Of a DNA stretch of 64,000 nt, positions 43,540-59,470 are shown piece by piece. Positions within the stretch are counted from its first letter, which is position 1, and every line of letters starts with the position of its first letter. Under the pieces are notes generated by a model. That model had not been told where the DNA came from and did no database searches. It worked only from the letters and a program-made list of their open reading frames with translations. The DNA is from the human T2T-CHM13v2.0 reference genome, Homo sapiens. The translations under genes and the position numbers were made by a program. The DNA is taken from assembly GCF_009914755.1 (NCBI RefSeq), contig NC_060931.1. One strand, given 5' to 3'.

Positions 43540-43960
43540 CTAAACAAGCATGTATTCAGAGGCTACAATGTATCAGGCATTGGTGGTGTTAGCAGTCATA
43601 GTTCAGTGAATGGGAAGAAAGATAAAAATCCATGCCTCCCAGTGACTTTAAGTCCTGGTAGGGACAAATACAGAAGATAAGTAAATAAACAAGATAACTG
43701 TAGATAGTAATAGGCTCTGTAGGCAATAAACCTCAGGATAATGTGATAGAGAATGACTTGGGGATTGGTAATACCCAGATGGGGAGCTGGAACACCGTCC
43801 AGGGCAGATGGCATTTGAACTGAAACCTGAAGGAAAAAAGAATCTGGACAGCCTCAACACCAGATCAAACAGTTTTTGAAACATAGAAAACAAGAACAAA
43901 GCCCCCAGTGGGTGAGAGGAACTGAAGAAGCCTAGTAGGATGGAAGTATAATGATACTCA
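43540..43960 (-). mobile_element. L2 3' fragment
   Basis: 'tgtattcagaggctacaatgtatcaggcattgg...gatggcatttgaactgaaacctgaagga'. Confidence 0.8.
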
Positions 43961-44199
43961 TACACTGGAGAATATTGCTAAGCGCAAACAATTCTAAGCT
44001 TGTGAAAGTTCCTTGTGATTATTCTATATTTCTTTGAATCATATTGATGAAAAATTCTTTGTAATAATTCCCATCCAAATGTGACTTCTTGGGTGCAAAC
44101 ATAATTTTCACAACTTATTTAAAAGCCTATTTAACTTTGCCTATAGCATGCTTCACAGAAATAGTAACATCCATCTTACAGGACTTTCATGAAGACTAC

Positions 44200-44580
44200 T
44201 ATGTACGGCAGTCCTCACTTTTTTCCTGCTCAAAATCCTGTCTCCCTTTCCTTTTAAAAGAACACAGACTTTGTTCGTGACCATAATGTGTTCTCCTTAA
44301 AACTACATGCATGCATGCATTCCTACACATATACCCACAACCTCACCACTGCTTGCAGCTAGTGAGTTGGCAAGTATGGCACACATAGCACAGAGATACT
44401 AATGAGATGTGAATAGAAGATAGATCTTAAACTCACGCATTGTATTTCCCTTTACTGTTCCCTGTCTGGAAAATGAATGTGATGCTAAAAGAAAGGCAGC
44501 CTTCTGTGACCCTGAGGTAGCTATGAGAAGTTGCATATTTGGAATAGTTGAATGGACAGCTTACAGGAGCTGTGTTCTAC
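44200..44580 (+). mobile_element. MaLR LTR (MLT1J-like)
   Basis: 'cttgcagctag', 'aatgagatgtgaatagaag' and 'ggcagccttctgtgaccctgagg'. Confidence 0.65.
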
Positions 44581-44806
44581 ATAGATACATAGTTGTATGT
44601 AGCCAAATGCAGAATTATATGTAAAGTGCCACAAAACAAATGTAAGGTAAATAGTAGTGTAAGGCCTTCATTATCATTTATATTACTGGTGTGTTTTAAT
44701 GAAGCATTGAATTTATTTACAGAAAAGGATGCTAAGCTGAGATATTTTAAAGTCAAGCTATATAAGAATTTGAAGGGATATTTAATATAATATCTGCTTT
44801 TCCACC

Positions 44807-45148
44807 AGCCATCAATCTCAGCAAACTCACACAGGACCAGAAAACCAAACACTGCATGTTCTCACTCATAAGTGGGAGTTGAACAATGAGAACACATGGA
44901 CACAGGGAAGGGAACATCACACAGTGGGGACCGTTGCAGGGTGTGGGGGCAAGGGGAGGGAAAGCATTAGGACAAATATCTAATGCATGTGGGGCTTAAA
45001 ACCTAGATGACATGTTCATAGGTGAAGCAAACCACTATGGCACAAGTATACCTATGTAACAAACCTGCACGTTCTGCATATGTATCCCAGAACTTAAAGT
45101 AAAATTTAAAAAACAAATAAATAAAAATAAAATAAATTAAAAAAAAAT
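44807..45148 (+). mobile_element. L1PA8-like 3' end with A-tail
   Basis: 'cactgcatgttctcactcataagtgggagttgaacaatgagaacacatgg...ggggcttaaaacctagatga'. Confidence 0.93.
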
Positions 45149-46419
45149 CTTTTTAAAAAGTAACACACCTAGTAGCTATTTACTTCCATAACTATTGTAT
45201 TTTCTTGCCGTGCCAAAATATCTGGCATTGTAAGAATGCACAATTAAATATCATTCATTTACTGACCTAGTATATTGCCAGCAAAGAACATGAAGACATA
45301 TTCTGCTATTGTTTTTCTTTCTACCACTGATGGTGGCACCAGGCATTTCTCCTATATTCCAAATAAATAATAGAAAATACCTTTGCAGCCATATGAGCGT
45401 TTGGAAATTATCCTAGCAATCTGGCAAGAGCAAGGAGGTTGACCTGGCCTGCAATGATACGAACTTAGGGGCTCCTTGTGGCCTAAACTTGTACCAGGAC
45501 AATTCTGAGATCAACGTTACCACTGTCAATGAGATAGAAGTCTTCTACACAAACAAATGTCTGCTGCTCAAAGGCCTAGTCAGTGTACACCATCTCCCAT
45601 AAGAAACTTCCCACAGGAATCTTTAGTAAACAACTAAACAGCACTATCCACAATAAGCAGTTGTTATTTATTAATGACCTATTATTTCACCAAACTTATA
45701 GTATTAAAATTGTAATTAGTAGTTGCTATCCATTAAGTACCTATGAGCCTAGCACCATACAATACAGTATACATTGTCCTTAATCTTCATATTACTTAAT
45801 AATATGATTAATAATCCCCAAAATATGTAAAATTAATTGAATTAGCATACATAGGAAAAATTCAAATGCATTCTAAAATTTCTTTATTAAAATAAGCTAG
45901 ATAACTATGTGGTCAAAATGCTGTCATCTATTACCTACGTTGACTTATTGATGAATGTGTGTAGATACTTTGTCACTGGGTCACTTATGTCTTGCTGCTT
46001 ATCCATGTCTGCAGAATTTTGCAGAGTTCTTCCAGGAACCGCCAGGCTTTCTCAGGATAAGATATATCAGATGCATTCAGTGTGATCAGACACATTGGGG
46101 TACATTTCACCCAGAGGTGTACCTGCTGTTTGTAATGCTGCTCAGGATTTGTGCCTACAAACATGGGAATTCTGATAAATTCTATCTTACACAATTCCCA
46201 TAAAAATATATGTTGTGGGATTATGGTTACACTTATACTTTTCAGGTATATTCCTAATAGGAGAGACCCATCATTTTGACTAGGCATCTACAAAAACTTA
46301 ACTCTACCCCTGTCCCTTACAATTTTTCATGTTTAATGTTTAGAAGAGTTTTCAACAGACCATCTTCTAGCTCCAGATATTTCACCTTTTCTCTGCCACT
46401 ACCCAAGTATTTTTCTATT

Positions 46420-46876
46420 TCTTTAATTTTTTAAATTAAACTTTTTTTAAGTAAATCATAGATCCACATGCAATTGTAAGAAATAATATAGAGAGACCCA
46501 TTTCTTCCATATGGCAACGTCTGGCAAAACTATTCTATAACATCGCAACCAGGATATTGATGTTGATACAGTCAAGATTCAAAGTACCACCATCACCACA
46601 AAGACCCCTTATGGTGTCCTTCTTCCCTCCTGCCAGACCCACTTCCCTCCTGCCCCCACCTCCTCCTTAACCCTGGCAACCACCAACATGTTCTCTATTT
46701 CTATGTTTTTATTTTTTCAAAGATTTTATATAAATGAAATCATACAATGTGCAACTTTTGGTGACTGCCTATTTTCAGTCACCTGAATTTTCTGGAGCTT
46801 CATCCAGGCTGCTGTGTATATGAATAATTTGTTCCTTTTTATTACTGAGTAGTATTCCATGGTATGAAAATACCGC
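46420..46876 (-). mobile_element. L1MC3-like 3' end
   Basis: 'cacatgcaattgtaagaaataat...caaccaggatattga..ttgatacagtcaagat'. Confidence 0.85.
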
Positions 46877-47744
46877 CCAACTATTTTTATTGCCAAACTC
46901 TGTAGTTCACATTCATATCACAACATGACCTCCACCCCAGCACCTTCATGACATGATGCCAAGTAAGTCAACTTAGTGGGCAAAAGGAATGTTCCTTACA
47001 GGTATTCAAATTCAGTTTAGCAATGCCCGAATTATATTTGGAAGTTTTTAAACATTCCAAACTTCATCTCCAACTCAACTTTCTCTTAGTAAAATGCAAA
47101 AGTTAACTAATTTTTAAAAGAAAGAAAAGAAAAAGAAAAAATTATGTTGCCACTCCAATCCTGCCTGATATGAAGGGAAGTATGGCAGAGGGGAATACAG
47201 CGTGGAAAGAGACAGTGGTCTCACACAATTATGGTTAAAATATTTTACACTTATAAATTATGTAGCAGTCTGTGCTCAGATGAATACATGGCTAGGGCCT
47301 CTTTTAGGAATCTTGAAAGAGGTCAGAGGAAGCATGGGACCTGGAGCATAGGGCTCTTTAGAATAAACCTGCTTCAACTTTCAAATTGCTTATATGTTAA
47401 CAGGATCTCTCTTGTTAACTGGAGAAGCTGCCATGCTTATCTCACCAGGCACAAAAATGCTTCCAGCCAAGTCTTCACAATTGCCCTGAACAGGTAAAAT
47501 GAAAGATACCCACACTTGAGGCTGATGCCCCAGAATACAAATTATTAATGGGTACAAGACCTATTAATGACTTGAGTCTGTAGAGAGCACCCAGAAAAAG
47601 AAAGAGCTCTTGATGTCTCACATAAAAAGACGTTTTAATTATTGAACATTTAGTGGCAGGGGTGAGGGAAGGGGAGTGTGGGAGGGCCCAGGTGGAAAGC
47701 AGAAATTTTCCTCTACGACTCTCTAGCAACAGCAACTGCCAATG

Positions 47745-47850
47745 ACAACAGCAGCTATGTGTTGAACATTTGTTCTGTGCTAGTACTGTCAATTCATTTA
47801 AGTCATAAAACAATTCTTTGAGGCAAGTACTTTATTATGTCCATGTTTAA
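47745..47850 (-). mobile_element. MIR, first half (split by L1)
   Basis: Ends at 'ttattatgtccatgttt' and continues at 52441. Confidence 0.7.
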
Positions 47851-50037
47851 AAGTCAGACTTATTAAGGTATAATTTATTTATCCTTTTTACTGCAAGCCT
47901 CGAAATCAGGTAGTGTAATTTTGCTAGGTTTGTAATTCTTTCTCAAAATTATTGGTCAGTCTTGGCCTTTAGCTTTTCCATATAAAATGTTATATCATCT
48001 TATGAGTTTTACTAAAAAGCCTTCTGAAATTTTGACTATTGTCGCATTGAATCTTTGATGAATTTGGGAATAAGTGATATCCTAAAAATATTGAATCTTC
48101 TTAACCATGAATATAGTATATGTCTCCATTTATTTGGGTCTTTAATTTGTCTCAGCAACATTTTGACATTTTTATCAAACAAATCTTACAGATACATTGT
48201 TAGATGTATATCTAAACCTCTCATGACTTTGATAATATTTAAATGATATTTCCAATTTTCAATTGTTTACTGCTAACAATTGATTTTTATATTGATTTGT
48301 TTACTGTGACCTTGCTAACCTCATTTTATTAGTCCTAGTAGATATTTTTGTAAATTCCTTGAGATTTTCTATAGAAAGAATTATCCTGTTTGTGAATAGA
48401 GACACATTCATTTATTTATTTTTGATCTGTATGTCATTTATTTATTTCTCTTGTTATAATTTACTTGGTATAACCTCCAGTGCAATGTTGGAAAGAAGTA
48501 GTGAGAGTAAACACCCTTACCTTATGCCTGACCTTGGGAGGAAGGTATTCATTCTGTCTTTTACTATTAAATCTAATATTAGCTGTGGACTTTTTGTAGA
48601 TATCCTACATCAGATTGAGGGAGTTTCCTACTATTCCTAGTTTGCTGAGAGTTTTATAGTTGAAAACTATTTTCAATAGTTGCATAATTCATTGTTAACT
48701 AGAATATGGTCTATGTTGGTGAGTGTTTCATGTGTACATAAGAATTATGTGTTTCCTGCAACTGTTAGGTGGAGTGCTTTCTAAATGTTAAGTAGATTCA
48801 TATTATCAAGTAGGTTAGTGTTATTAGAATCTGTTATCCAGGTCCTCTATATTCTTACTAAAATTTTGTCTACTGATTCCATCAGTCAATTAGATAGCAA
48901 AGTTAAAATATCCAACCATAATTGGGATATATCTATTTCTCTTTTATGTTTTATCAGATTTTTGCTTTCCATATTTTGAAGCACTGTTATGAAGTGCATA
49001 CAAATTTACAAATTATTATTTTTTCTTGGTGAATTCGCTTCTTTATGTTATATGTCTCTTTACTTCTGAAATTATTGATTAGCTATTACAATATATTTTT
49101 CACTCTTTTTCTTTCAACCCATCTATGTTGTTATATTTTAAGGTTTTGTTTTATAGACAGCATATGATGTATTTCTGCTTTTTGATTCTATCTTAATATC
49201 TATGGTTTTTAACCCTTTATTATATTGCTATTTGTTTTATTTTTCCTTTGTCTAATCTGTTCTTTTTAGTTTTTCTCTGTTTTCTTCTGCTGTATTTTAT
49301 TTTATGACTCCATCTTATTCCCACTTTGGTTTATTAGGTAAACATCTTTATTTTTTCAATTTTTTTAATGATTACTGTACCATCTAAATTATATTTTTAA
49401 AATTTATCCAGTCTATCTTCAAATGATATTTCTCCACTTTAGATACCATTAGAAACCCTGAAACAGTATACTTTTATTTCATCCAGTCCATTCTTTATGA
49501 AGTTGCTGTAATGCATTTCATATCTATATAAGTGATAAACCCCATATTGAATGTTGATATTTTTTCTTAAGTTTTTCATTTTTTTATTAAAACAGTTCAA
49601 AATTAAATCAAATTCTTTTGTATTTATCTTCATTTTTACCACTTTTAGAACTCTGTATGTCTTATGCAGATCAAAAGTTTCACCTAGTATTATACTCTTG
49701 CTTGAAGAACTTACTTTGACAATGCTTATAGTACAGGTCTACAGGCAATGAGTCCTCTCAGATTTGTTTTGTTTATTTTTTGTCTTTATTTTTATAAAGA
49801 TATTTTTACTGGATAGCAAATTCTGAATTGGCAGGTTTTTCCCCTCCAAGTACTTTAAAGTTGTAACTCCATTGTATTTTAATTTGCATGATTTCTGCAA
49901 AAATATTTGCTATTGTTCTTAGTTTTGTTACCTTATGTATAATGTGTTTTGTTGTTTTTCCTTTTGACTGCCATAACATTTTCTCTTTGTTTTGGTTTGC
50001 AGTAGTGTAAGTGTAATGTGACTAGGTATATTCTGTT

Positions 50038-50038
<1 letters not shown>

Positions 50039-50078
<40 letters not shown>
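50039..50078. repeat. (TATC)10 tetranucleotide STR
   Basis: Read directly from the sequence. Confidence 0.97.
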
Positions 50079-52007
50079 ATCAACTGATCAATTGATTGAT
50101 CTATACTTATACTGCTTGGGATCACCTGGGCTTCTGGAATTGAAAATTTGTTGACTTTCATTATTTTAGAAAATTCTTACCTAGTCTCTTCAAAATTTAT
50201 TCTGCCAAGTTTCTCTCTCTTCTTGTCTAGGACTCCAATTACACACATATTAGACTATTTGACATTGCTTCATAGCAGCTGGATGCACCATTATGTTTTC
50301 TTCTCTTTATGTTTCCATTGATATATCTTCTAGTCAACTGAGTCTATTCTCTGCTCTGTCCAGTTTGCTCATACACCCACTGAAGGAATTTTTTATTTGT
50401 GACATTTTATTTTTTTATTTTGACCCTTTGCACATGACACATATTTCATATAGTTTTCATCTCTGCTGAAATTACTCATTTGCTTACATATGTATAACAT
50501 CTATCCACGAAATCCTTTAAAATATTAAACATAGTTTATTTAACGTTTCTATCTGATAATGATGTCTGGATCATCTATAAATCTGGTTTTGCTGGCTACT
50601 TTATACCTTGACAGTAGGTTGCTTCTCCCTCAATATCTCTTTCTCTCTCTCTCTCTCTCTCCCCACCCCTGACCAATGAGTATGTGTGTATCTTGTAATT
50701 TTTGGTTTATTGCTGAACATTGTGTTTAAAATAATATAGACTGAGGTAAACAGTCTTTATCCTGGAAAACAGGCATGCCTTTTATTTTCTCATGCCATTC
50801 ATATGCATGTCACGTTGGGAAGGTTTAGTCAGTCTAATCAGTTTTTGAGCTTGGTTTGTGTTTTGTTATTGCCATGGTAACCTTCATTCCAGCAATAACT
50901 TCACATTCCACTAGCATTTCACTGTCGATACCTTGTGCTTAATTGGATTTTGTCATAGGAGGATTTTCCCCTGTGTTCTTGCTCTATTCTCAATTTTTAA
51001 CAGTCCTTGTATGCTTATGCCATTTAGGAGTATCTCTTTATACTATTGTTCTGTCTTAATTATTATTTTGCACATTGTTCAAGGTGTGATGGGTAAAGTG
51101 GGTAGTTTTCTGTTATCTTGACCCAGCCTCACACTTACGTAAGTCCTGGGTGTCTAGACCTTGAGAATGGAGCTCTCTCAGTGTTCCTGCCCATCCTCAT
51201 GGTAGCCAAATGTTTCCCTTATTTCTGTAGGAAGGTGGGGGAGCTGGGTGGGAGAGAATACTGTTATTTCCCCCTGTGCATTGTATCATCTCAAAATCCT
51301 GGGTCCTAGCAGTGTTTTTTCCTCTCTCTCAAGGAATATAGATTTTGTTTTCATTCCTCTTTTGGTTCCAATTTACCTCTGCCTATTTCTATTGGCAGGG
51401 GTTTTCTTAGCACTTCTGCAGTAGTACACTGCTATTGCTTATTACTCAGTACAAACCTTCTGGTTGGAACAGGCAGCTTTTGCTTCTATTCCTTCCTCCT
51501 TTCCTTTTCCTGGGACTGGAAGTAGTTGAGTTTTTAACTCCTCCTCCAGAAGCAAACTACTTTGCTTTTACCTTCTCCCACAGGCAGTAGTTCTTTGCCA
51601 GGGTGCTAGGAGAAGAAGGAGTTACCCACCCCTTTTCTGGGATCAGAAAAAGGGAGACAACCAGTATTCATTTGAGAGAAATATGAAGATGCACCATTGA
51701 GGGTGTTCACTTAGTTTTCCTCCCCTTCCCTGAATACTTTCTGTGGGCACAAGTAGGGCCTGTAAATTTAAAAAATACTTAGAAAGTACAGACTTCACAC
51801 ATGTCTGAAGTCCTGGGGATTCTACTCTATCATATTAACTTTACACTTGGCCTTTTAAAACGTGTTAAAAATTTTGGCTATTTTCTCCTTACTGGCTGTA
51901 ATTGACAGTCACCTCTTTCTTTCATAATCTTCCAAAGGTGAAATGGTTTATTTGACTAATCTCTTTTTGGAGGGAGTTTCTCAGCCTTTGAAAATAAGAT
52001 TCTGTGA

Positions 52008-52330
<323 letters not shown>

Positions 52331-52440
52331 GTCTCTTTAAAAGAGTAATGTTTTCATAGATTTTGTTGTTATTTTTGTTGGTAGAGTAAAATGACATTCT
52401 CTTGCAGCTTTCTACATTTTTAGCGAAAAGGGAGACAACC

Positions 52441-52580
52441 AGTATCATTTTATATGAGAAATATGAGACTTGGAGAGGCCAAGTAACTTGCCGTGTATCG
52501 TAATCTATTAAATGTTAAGGCCAACATTTAAGCTCAGATTTTTCTGAAATAAAAGCCTATTGTCTTAAACATCACACTGC
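52441..52580 (-). mobile_element. MIR, second half
   Basis: 'cattttatatgagaaatatgagacttggagaggccaagtaacttgcc'. Confidence 0.75.
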
Positions 52581-54149
52581 AATATATCTTGTGTAATCTT
52601 CTCATCAAAAGTACGTATTTGAGGTGTCTAATTAATTCTAGTCAGACCCAACTGTTTTCCTTTTTATTCCAAATGAGCACTGGAAGCAATGTTAAAACTA
52701 TTCAACGAGTCAATACATTTTCTATCCTAAGTGCATCTAGAGTACAAGATTTTTTTTCTTCTTCAGGTGAGTATGCCTAGAAAATCTAAGCCCTTCTCTG
52801 ATACCTCAGCCATTATGGAAAGTAAATGCTCAGCACTTTTGCCATTATTAAATAGGCTTGGGTAACTCTAAAAATTTCTACTAGCGCTGCCTTGTAAAAA
52901 TGCACAGGCAAGCCCAATGAGGACATCATGTGATCACAGGAGCTTGAGCTTAAAAAGAGAGGACAGCTTCAGGGAAGAAGAATTCTGCATCAAATTGGGG
53001 AAGGCAATGGAGAGGCAACTCGGAACAGATGGCACAACAGAAAGTAGCTTAGTAGGAACTGATATTGTTACCAGAGAAAGTATCAAAATCAAAGGCAGAG
53101 GCAAAGATAGAAGCTAGAGCACAGAGAATGGTCAAGAAAGGAGGACAGAATTAGGCTTTTGAAAGAGGTGGAAAAGTGGTTTGGAAGAGATCTACAAATG
53201 TAAAATATATCCTTCTAGTCACCTGCAGAAGCCATCCTGGTAGTTAGGAACCTGTGAGAGTCTGATATGCAGCCAGATGGCCCTCACACCTTGGCCAGAC
53301 ATGTGTTTATACAGTAAATTCTATCTCATAAACCACTTTCTCATGTTATCTTATTTGAAATTCATGGCAATCCTATGTAGCAGGGACAGAAGATATTGTT
53401 AGTTCCATTTACCAGATGAAAACCCTGAAACAGAATGTTCATAATTCATCAGATTTTCCAACCATACCTGCACTCATAGATCATGACATAAACAACAATG
53501 CTATTTTTTCATCAGTCTGATCATGCATATTTATGTGTGTATATTTACTTCCAAGGTGTCTACAGAGTTGCACACACTCTCTGAATGTTGCTAAGATATA
53601 TAAATGTGGTTACTTTTAAAAATCACAAGAAATCCATTAATGATTCATTCCATTTAACAAATTACAACATGATAAAGGGGAAGAAATTTAAAAGGGAAGA
53701 ATTCTCTCCAAAGTTCAAGCAACAAATTTTCATGTGATGTTGGGAAAAGCAAAATGTTTTACAGCTTTTAGAGGCGTAAATCAAAACCTTCCCACTAACA
53801 CTTACAACCATTTTGAGGTTTTATTAAAGAAAAAAATTATCTGAAAATTCATTACTTGGATGATGAATAGGACTAGAAAGAAAGAGGAAAGGCCTGCATG
53901 TGGTAAGTGGAAGGCATTGATGAATATTTGGAACATTCTTTTCTTAAGCCCCTCTATAAACTGTTTTCCTACATCATCTTTAAACTGCACAGATGGGTTC
54001 ATGAATCTGGCTCCCTCACTATAGCAGGACATTCTTACAGGCAGGGTCTGGACGGATTCACTTTTTATATCCTAAGTGCCCAGCAGAGTTCCTAAATGCA
54101 GTAAATGTTCACTAATATTTGGTGGATAAAAAATGGTGCCATCACAAAA

Positions 54150-54400
54150 CACACATATACACACAAGTACATATACTCACATAATAGTAGCACCCATACC
54201 ATTCCATAAATGTATACACTTTTATATATACCTAATCCATATGTATGTATATGCACACATATTTTCATCTATATAATGGGCTATATATCATTATAAATAA
54301 TACAGAATCATGTAGGTGTTGTTGCTATGTGAGTATGTGTATACTCATATAAAAGTATGTTTCATGCACTTGTGTGTATATGTATACATATATGTATATA
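54150..54400. repeat. Degenerate CA/TA and TG/TA low-complexity region
   Basis: Read directly from the sequence. Confidence 0.7.
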
Positions 54401-56679
54401 GTCATTTTATCTTTGAATTTTTCACATTATATTTTAATCTCAAATAAGCTTTAGTGAAAGTGAGTTATAACAATGAGAATAACTGATTTTAGTCTTGACT
54501 AATGAGAATCTCAATTAAAAATGTAAGTCTGAAGCATAGCATGTCAAATATACATATGTTTATATAATATAAATTATTTTGGAGGTCCCCGATACTTTTC
54601 ATTATCTGATCACAATTACAGGTAATTGAAAGTTATTAGAAACTAAGCATAAAGCTGTGCACTCCCGACACCACAAGACCTCCAACCCACTAGTCAGCTA
54701 AAACCACTTTCTGATATACTCTGCACAATGACCCTGGTGGCTGTCAGCTCTTTCCTGCTTTCCTGCTTCCCTGGAACCTGACAGGGCCCCAGTGATGATT
54801 TACCTATGTCATGTTATGTAGTCCACAGCTTGACTGAGGTCTTGTTCTGATTCACAGCGGAGTGTTGAACAAAGTCTGTCTGGAATAAACTGAATGCATT
54901 CAGGAAAATTTCCTTCTCGTTCATTCATTTATTTCCTCATTCTCAAACATTGAGCATCTGCAATGTTACAGATACTGCATTAAACACTCGGGTCACAAAA
55001 GTGAATGAGGCACAGTCCCTGTCTAACTGCTGCTGAGGTTTCCACAGTGACATTTTCTTAAACCCCAACTTATACAGGGTGTTTTCAGAGTGGGATTGTA
55101 CATGTTCCAAACCCAAGTGATTTTGTTTAATAATTTTGACCATCAAAAATCCAGTTTGAAAAATGAACCAGAATACAAATATACAACATTTAATGACAGA
55201 GAAAAAATAAAGGCATACAGTTTTTTAAAGAAATATTTCATCCTTTGAAGAATACTGAGAAATCTGAGTTCAAAGGTGATGTGAGCATGCTTCAATCATG
55301 ACTATACACAACAGAATCTGTACTCAGCTCAGTATTGGCTAGAGAAGTTCTCTTTCCCTCATTTAAGCCAAGACCAGAACTCCAAGGCTGAGGCTTGACA
55401 TAGGTGTACTGTAAATGAAGTGTTAATGAGATGGAAATTCTCCAAGTTGCTTTTGAGTCTCACTCTATATCAATGTAGACCTGCCTAAAATATGTAAGAG
55501 CTGAGATCCTTTTGAAATGATTCCAAACTCTTGAGTCTGAAAACCGAGCTGGGAATTCCTTTGTAACAGTTTTGTGGGTTATTTTGGCACTTTGGTTTAT
55601 AATCCTAGCTGGACCCCATCTGAAGTTCTAAAGCCCATAAAATAAGAATGAATGGACAATGTAAATAAGCCAAATTTGAGAAACTTCAGACCCTGCTTGG
55701 CTGAATGTTTCTGTTAATCTACCTTGTCTGTGCTGGTAGAACTGCCATTTTGCTATAACTCCTTTGTAAATAAGAAACTTTTCTTCTCATCAGGCAGGGG
55801 ATCTTTCTCTTCAAAGGCTGTGATGTATTATACTATATTGAAATTAAATTGTTTGGATATGTTTTGCTGAATACTGATAAAACTATGATATAAAGCGTAT
55901 TATCCTTAATCAAAGGTTACTTTTATTTGCAGATTTTAAAGGCAACAAAAATTTTTATTTGACAGGTTCTAATAGTTCTAGTTTGGCATACCTGCACATT
56001 TTTATTGTATCCTGGGAACAGGCATAAATCAACTGATTTCCCACAGACAAATAAAAGTGGTGGAGTAATATAGTTCCTGGAATTTAACACTTCATGGTCA
56101 GGAGGTCACATATGCTAAGTTGCTTATTTACACGCCTCTTAAAGTTTAAGTCTGTGGGCAAGAGACATGAAGCAATGTGACTTACTATATCAATGAAGAA
56201 TGTATTGTTCTTTTTCTTCGGGTAGATAAAATTAACAGTGTTGGAACAGCAGATCACACAAGAATGTCATCAGAAACATCAGCCATTTTTTCAAATGTGC
56301 TTGCTTGATGATTCTCTTTGTTATTACAATCATCAGTTTTAAACAATGAGATTTATTAAACATTTTTTTAAGTGGGGAAGAGAGAGTTAGTGTGTACCAA
56401 TCATTGACATATTAGCTGGCATCTCGAAGCCTAAACTTGCAGTTAGGCCAATGTAGCCAGAATGGAGGTGATGCAGCAACCCAGGTGCCTCCTCCGGCCC
56501 TCACTTTTGCTGCCAAAACTGATCTTACAGTCCACATGTTACAGATGGTAACTGTAAACTGGAGAGATAGCCATTTGACCCACATTTAACTATGATACAA
56601 GATAAGCGATAGTTATTTTCACAGCTTTCCATATAAAGGATTTTGATGAGAACAAAGTTATATACAAACAAAGTTCATT

Positions 56680-56900
56680 TACGCAACACAATTGTATTGA
56701 GATCCCAGTATGTAACTAGTACTAAACACTTCTTATACATTATTCCCTTTTCACATGCTCACCCATTTAAAATTTCACAGCATTCTTCAGATCAGTATAT
56801 TAAGGCTTAGAAAAGTTTTGACTTGCTAAAGACACATAGTTAGAAATCAAATGAGTCAAGATTTGAATCCATATCTCCCTGCTCAGCATCTACACTTTTC
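56680..56900 (-). mobile_element. MIR
   Basis: 'tattgagatcccagtatgt...gacttgctaaagacacatagttag...gatttgaatcca'. Confidence 0.7.
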
Positions 56901-57060
56901 TTCGCTGGAGAGTACATTGGAAGCCTAAGCTGATCACATTCCATTAAACCTCAAGTAATTTTGAGCCCAAGGCTTCAGTTTCTTCCTTTAGAAATATATC
57001 TCCCTTCAAATATACCTGGAATTTACAGGTGAAACACTGGCAAATTAATAAAGGAAATTA

Positions 57061-57776
<716 letters not shown>

Positions 57777-58664
57777 AGGAAGGAGGTAGAAGGAAGGGTT
57801 TTCTTCCTTCCATATTAAGGAGGCCAACTGCATTGCCAGGACTCTCCCGGAGGCAAACTGAAAAATGAAGCTCTTTCTGTTTTTCTATGCAAATCGCAAT
57901 GCTGAACTTTCTGAGACCTGGCATAATGCAGTCACATGTCTTGTTTTTGCATTCAGAATATTGTCTTTTCATAGTCTTTCAGAATATGTTAAGGAGGTTT
58001 CACTATATATCACAAATCATGGTTTAAATTTCAAAGCATTAGATAAAAATGAACTTACACTGCATTTGTAGATGTCACTCTCAAGCCATCCCAATGTAGT
58101 TTCCATGGGAACTAATGTACATCAAAGAAGAAAGAGAGAGAAAGAGAGACTGTAAGATCAAATTTTTAGTTCCTGCCTCCTCTTTTTTTGGGAAAACCAA
58201 AATGAGCCCCATGTTAAATGCTGTTGAAATTAGATACTGAATCTTATCTTCTATGTGAATGCAGCTTTTTGTTTTTTTCCTCCTAAGAAGGAGTACTACC
58301 TATATGGTCATGCACAATTTTTCCATAGAGTCCATCCATATAATTTATAAGTTGTATTTACAGCCTCAGAAGGCACATGTGCTTATTTAGGAGGAGAGTC
58401 AACATCATCCATTATTACTTTGTTTTCAAGTTGCTTTCAGAATTATTATTATTACACAGATTTACAACTTGTTGAGAATCCACTCTATGGCAACCATGAG
58501 TGAAAGTGGTTCGTGAATGAAAGTTTATAGTCACGTAAGAACACATTCCTAGATTGTCCTCTGTTGGTGTAGTGTCTTTCATAGTCATATGCCAGACAGT
58601 GTAACATGAGTAGCTGTCATTAGCTTCCCATCCAAAAAGAACAGTTACCAAACAGTATTGTTAA

Positions 58665-58985
<321 letters not shown>

Positions 58986-59249
58986 ACAGCTATTATTCTT
59001 AAATCCAATGCCACATATCAAGGCCAACTTTATCTAGCTCTGTCTCATAGGATTCACCTGGGTTATAAAATAAATTCAATACTTTAATCGGGGGGGTGGT
59101 TGGAGAGAGACAATGATATATTATATTCTCAATTATAATTGAGAATGGTGATATAAAATGTATTTGTAGCCTGTAGATAATTAACTAGAAAAACAGGTGA
59201 TCATGTGGTTTAAAATAACAATTAATTTAAGAACTTAAAATAAATGTTT

Positions 59250-59470
59250 TTAAAAACATATATAATAGTATTATATGTCTTAATAATTATATTTATTAAA
59301 TATAATAAATATTACTATTATACTATATTTACAATAGTATATACTATTATATTTATATTTATAAATATGTTATATAATAGTTATATTTATATTATGTATT
59401 TATATATTATATAATAATATATAAATATAAATATAATAACTATATTATAAATATAATAGTTATAAAGACA
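59250..59470. repeat. AT-rich (TA)n-like low-complexity tract
   Basis: Almost entirely A/T. Confidence 0.9.
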
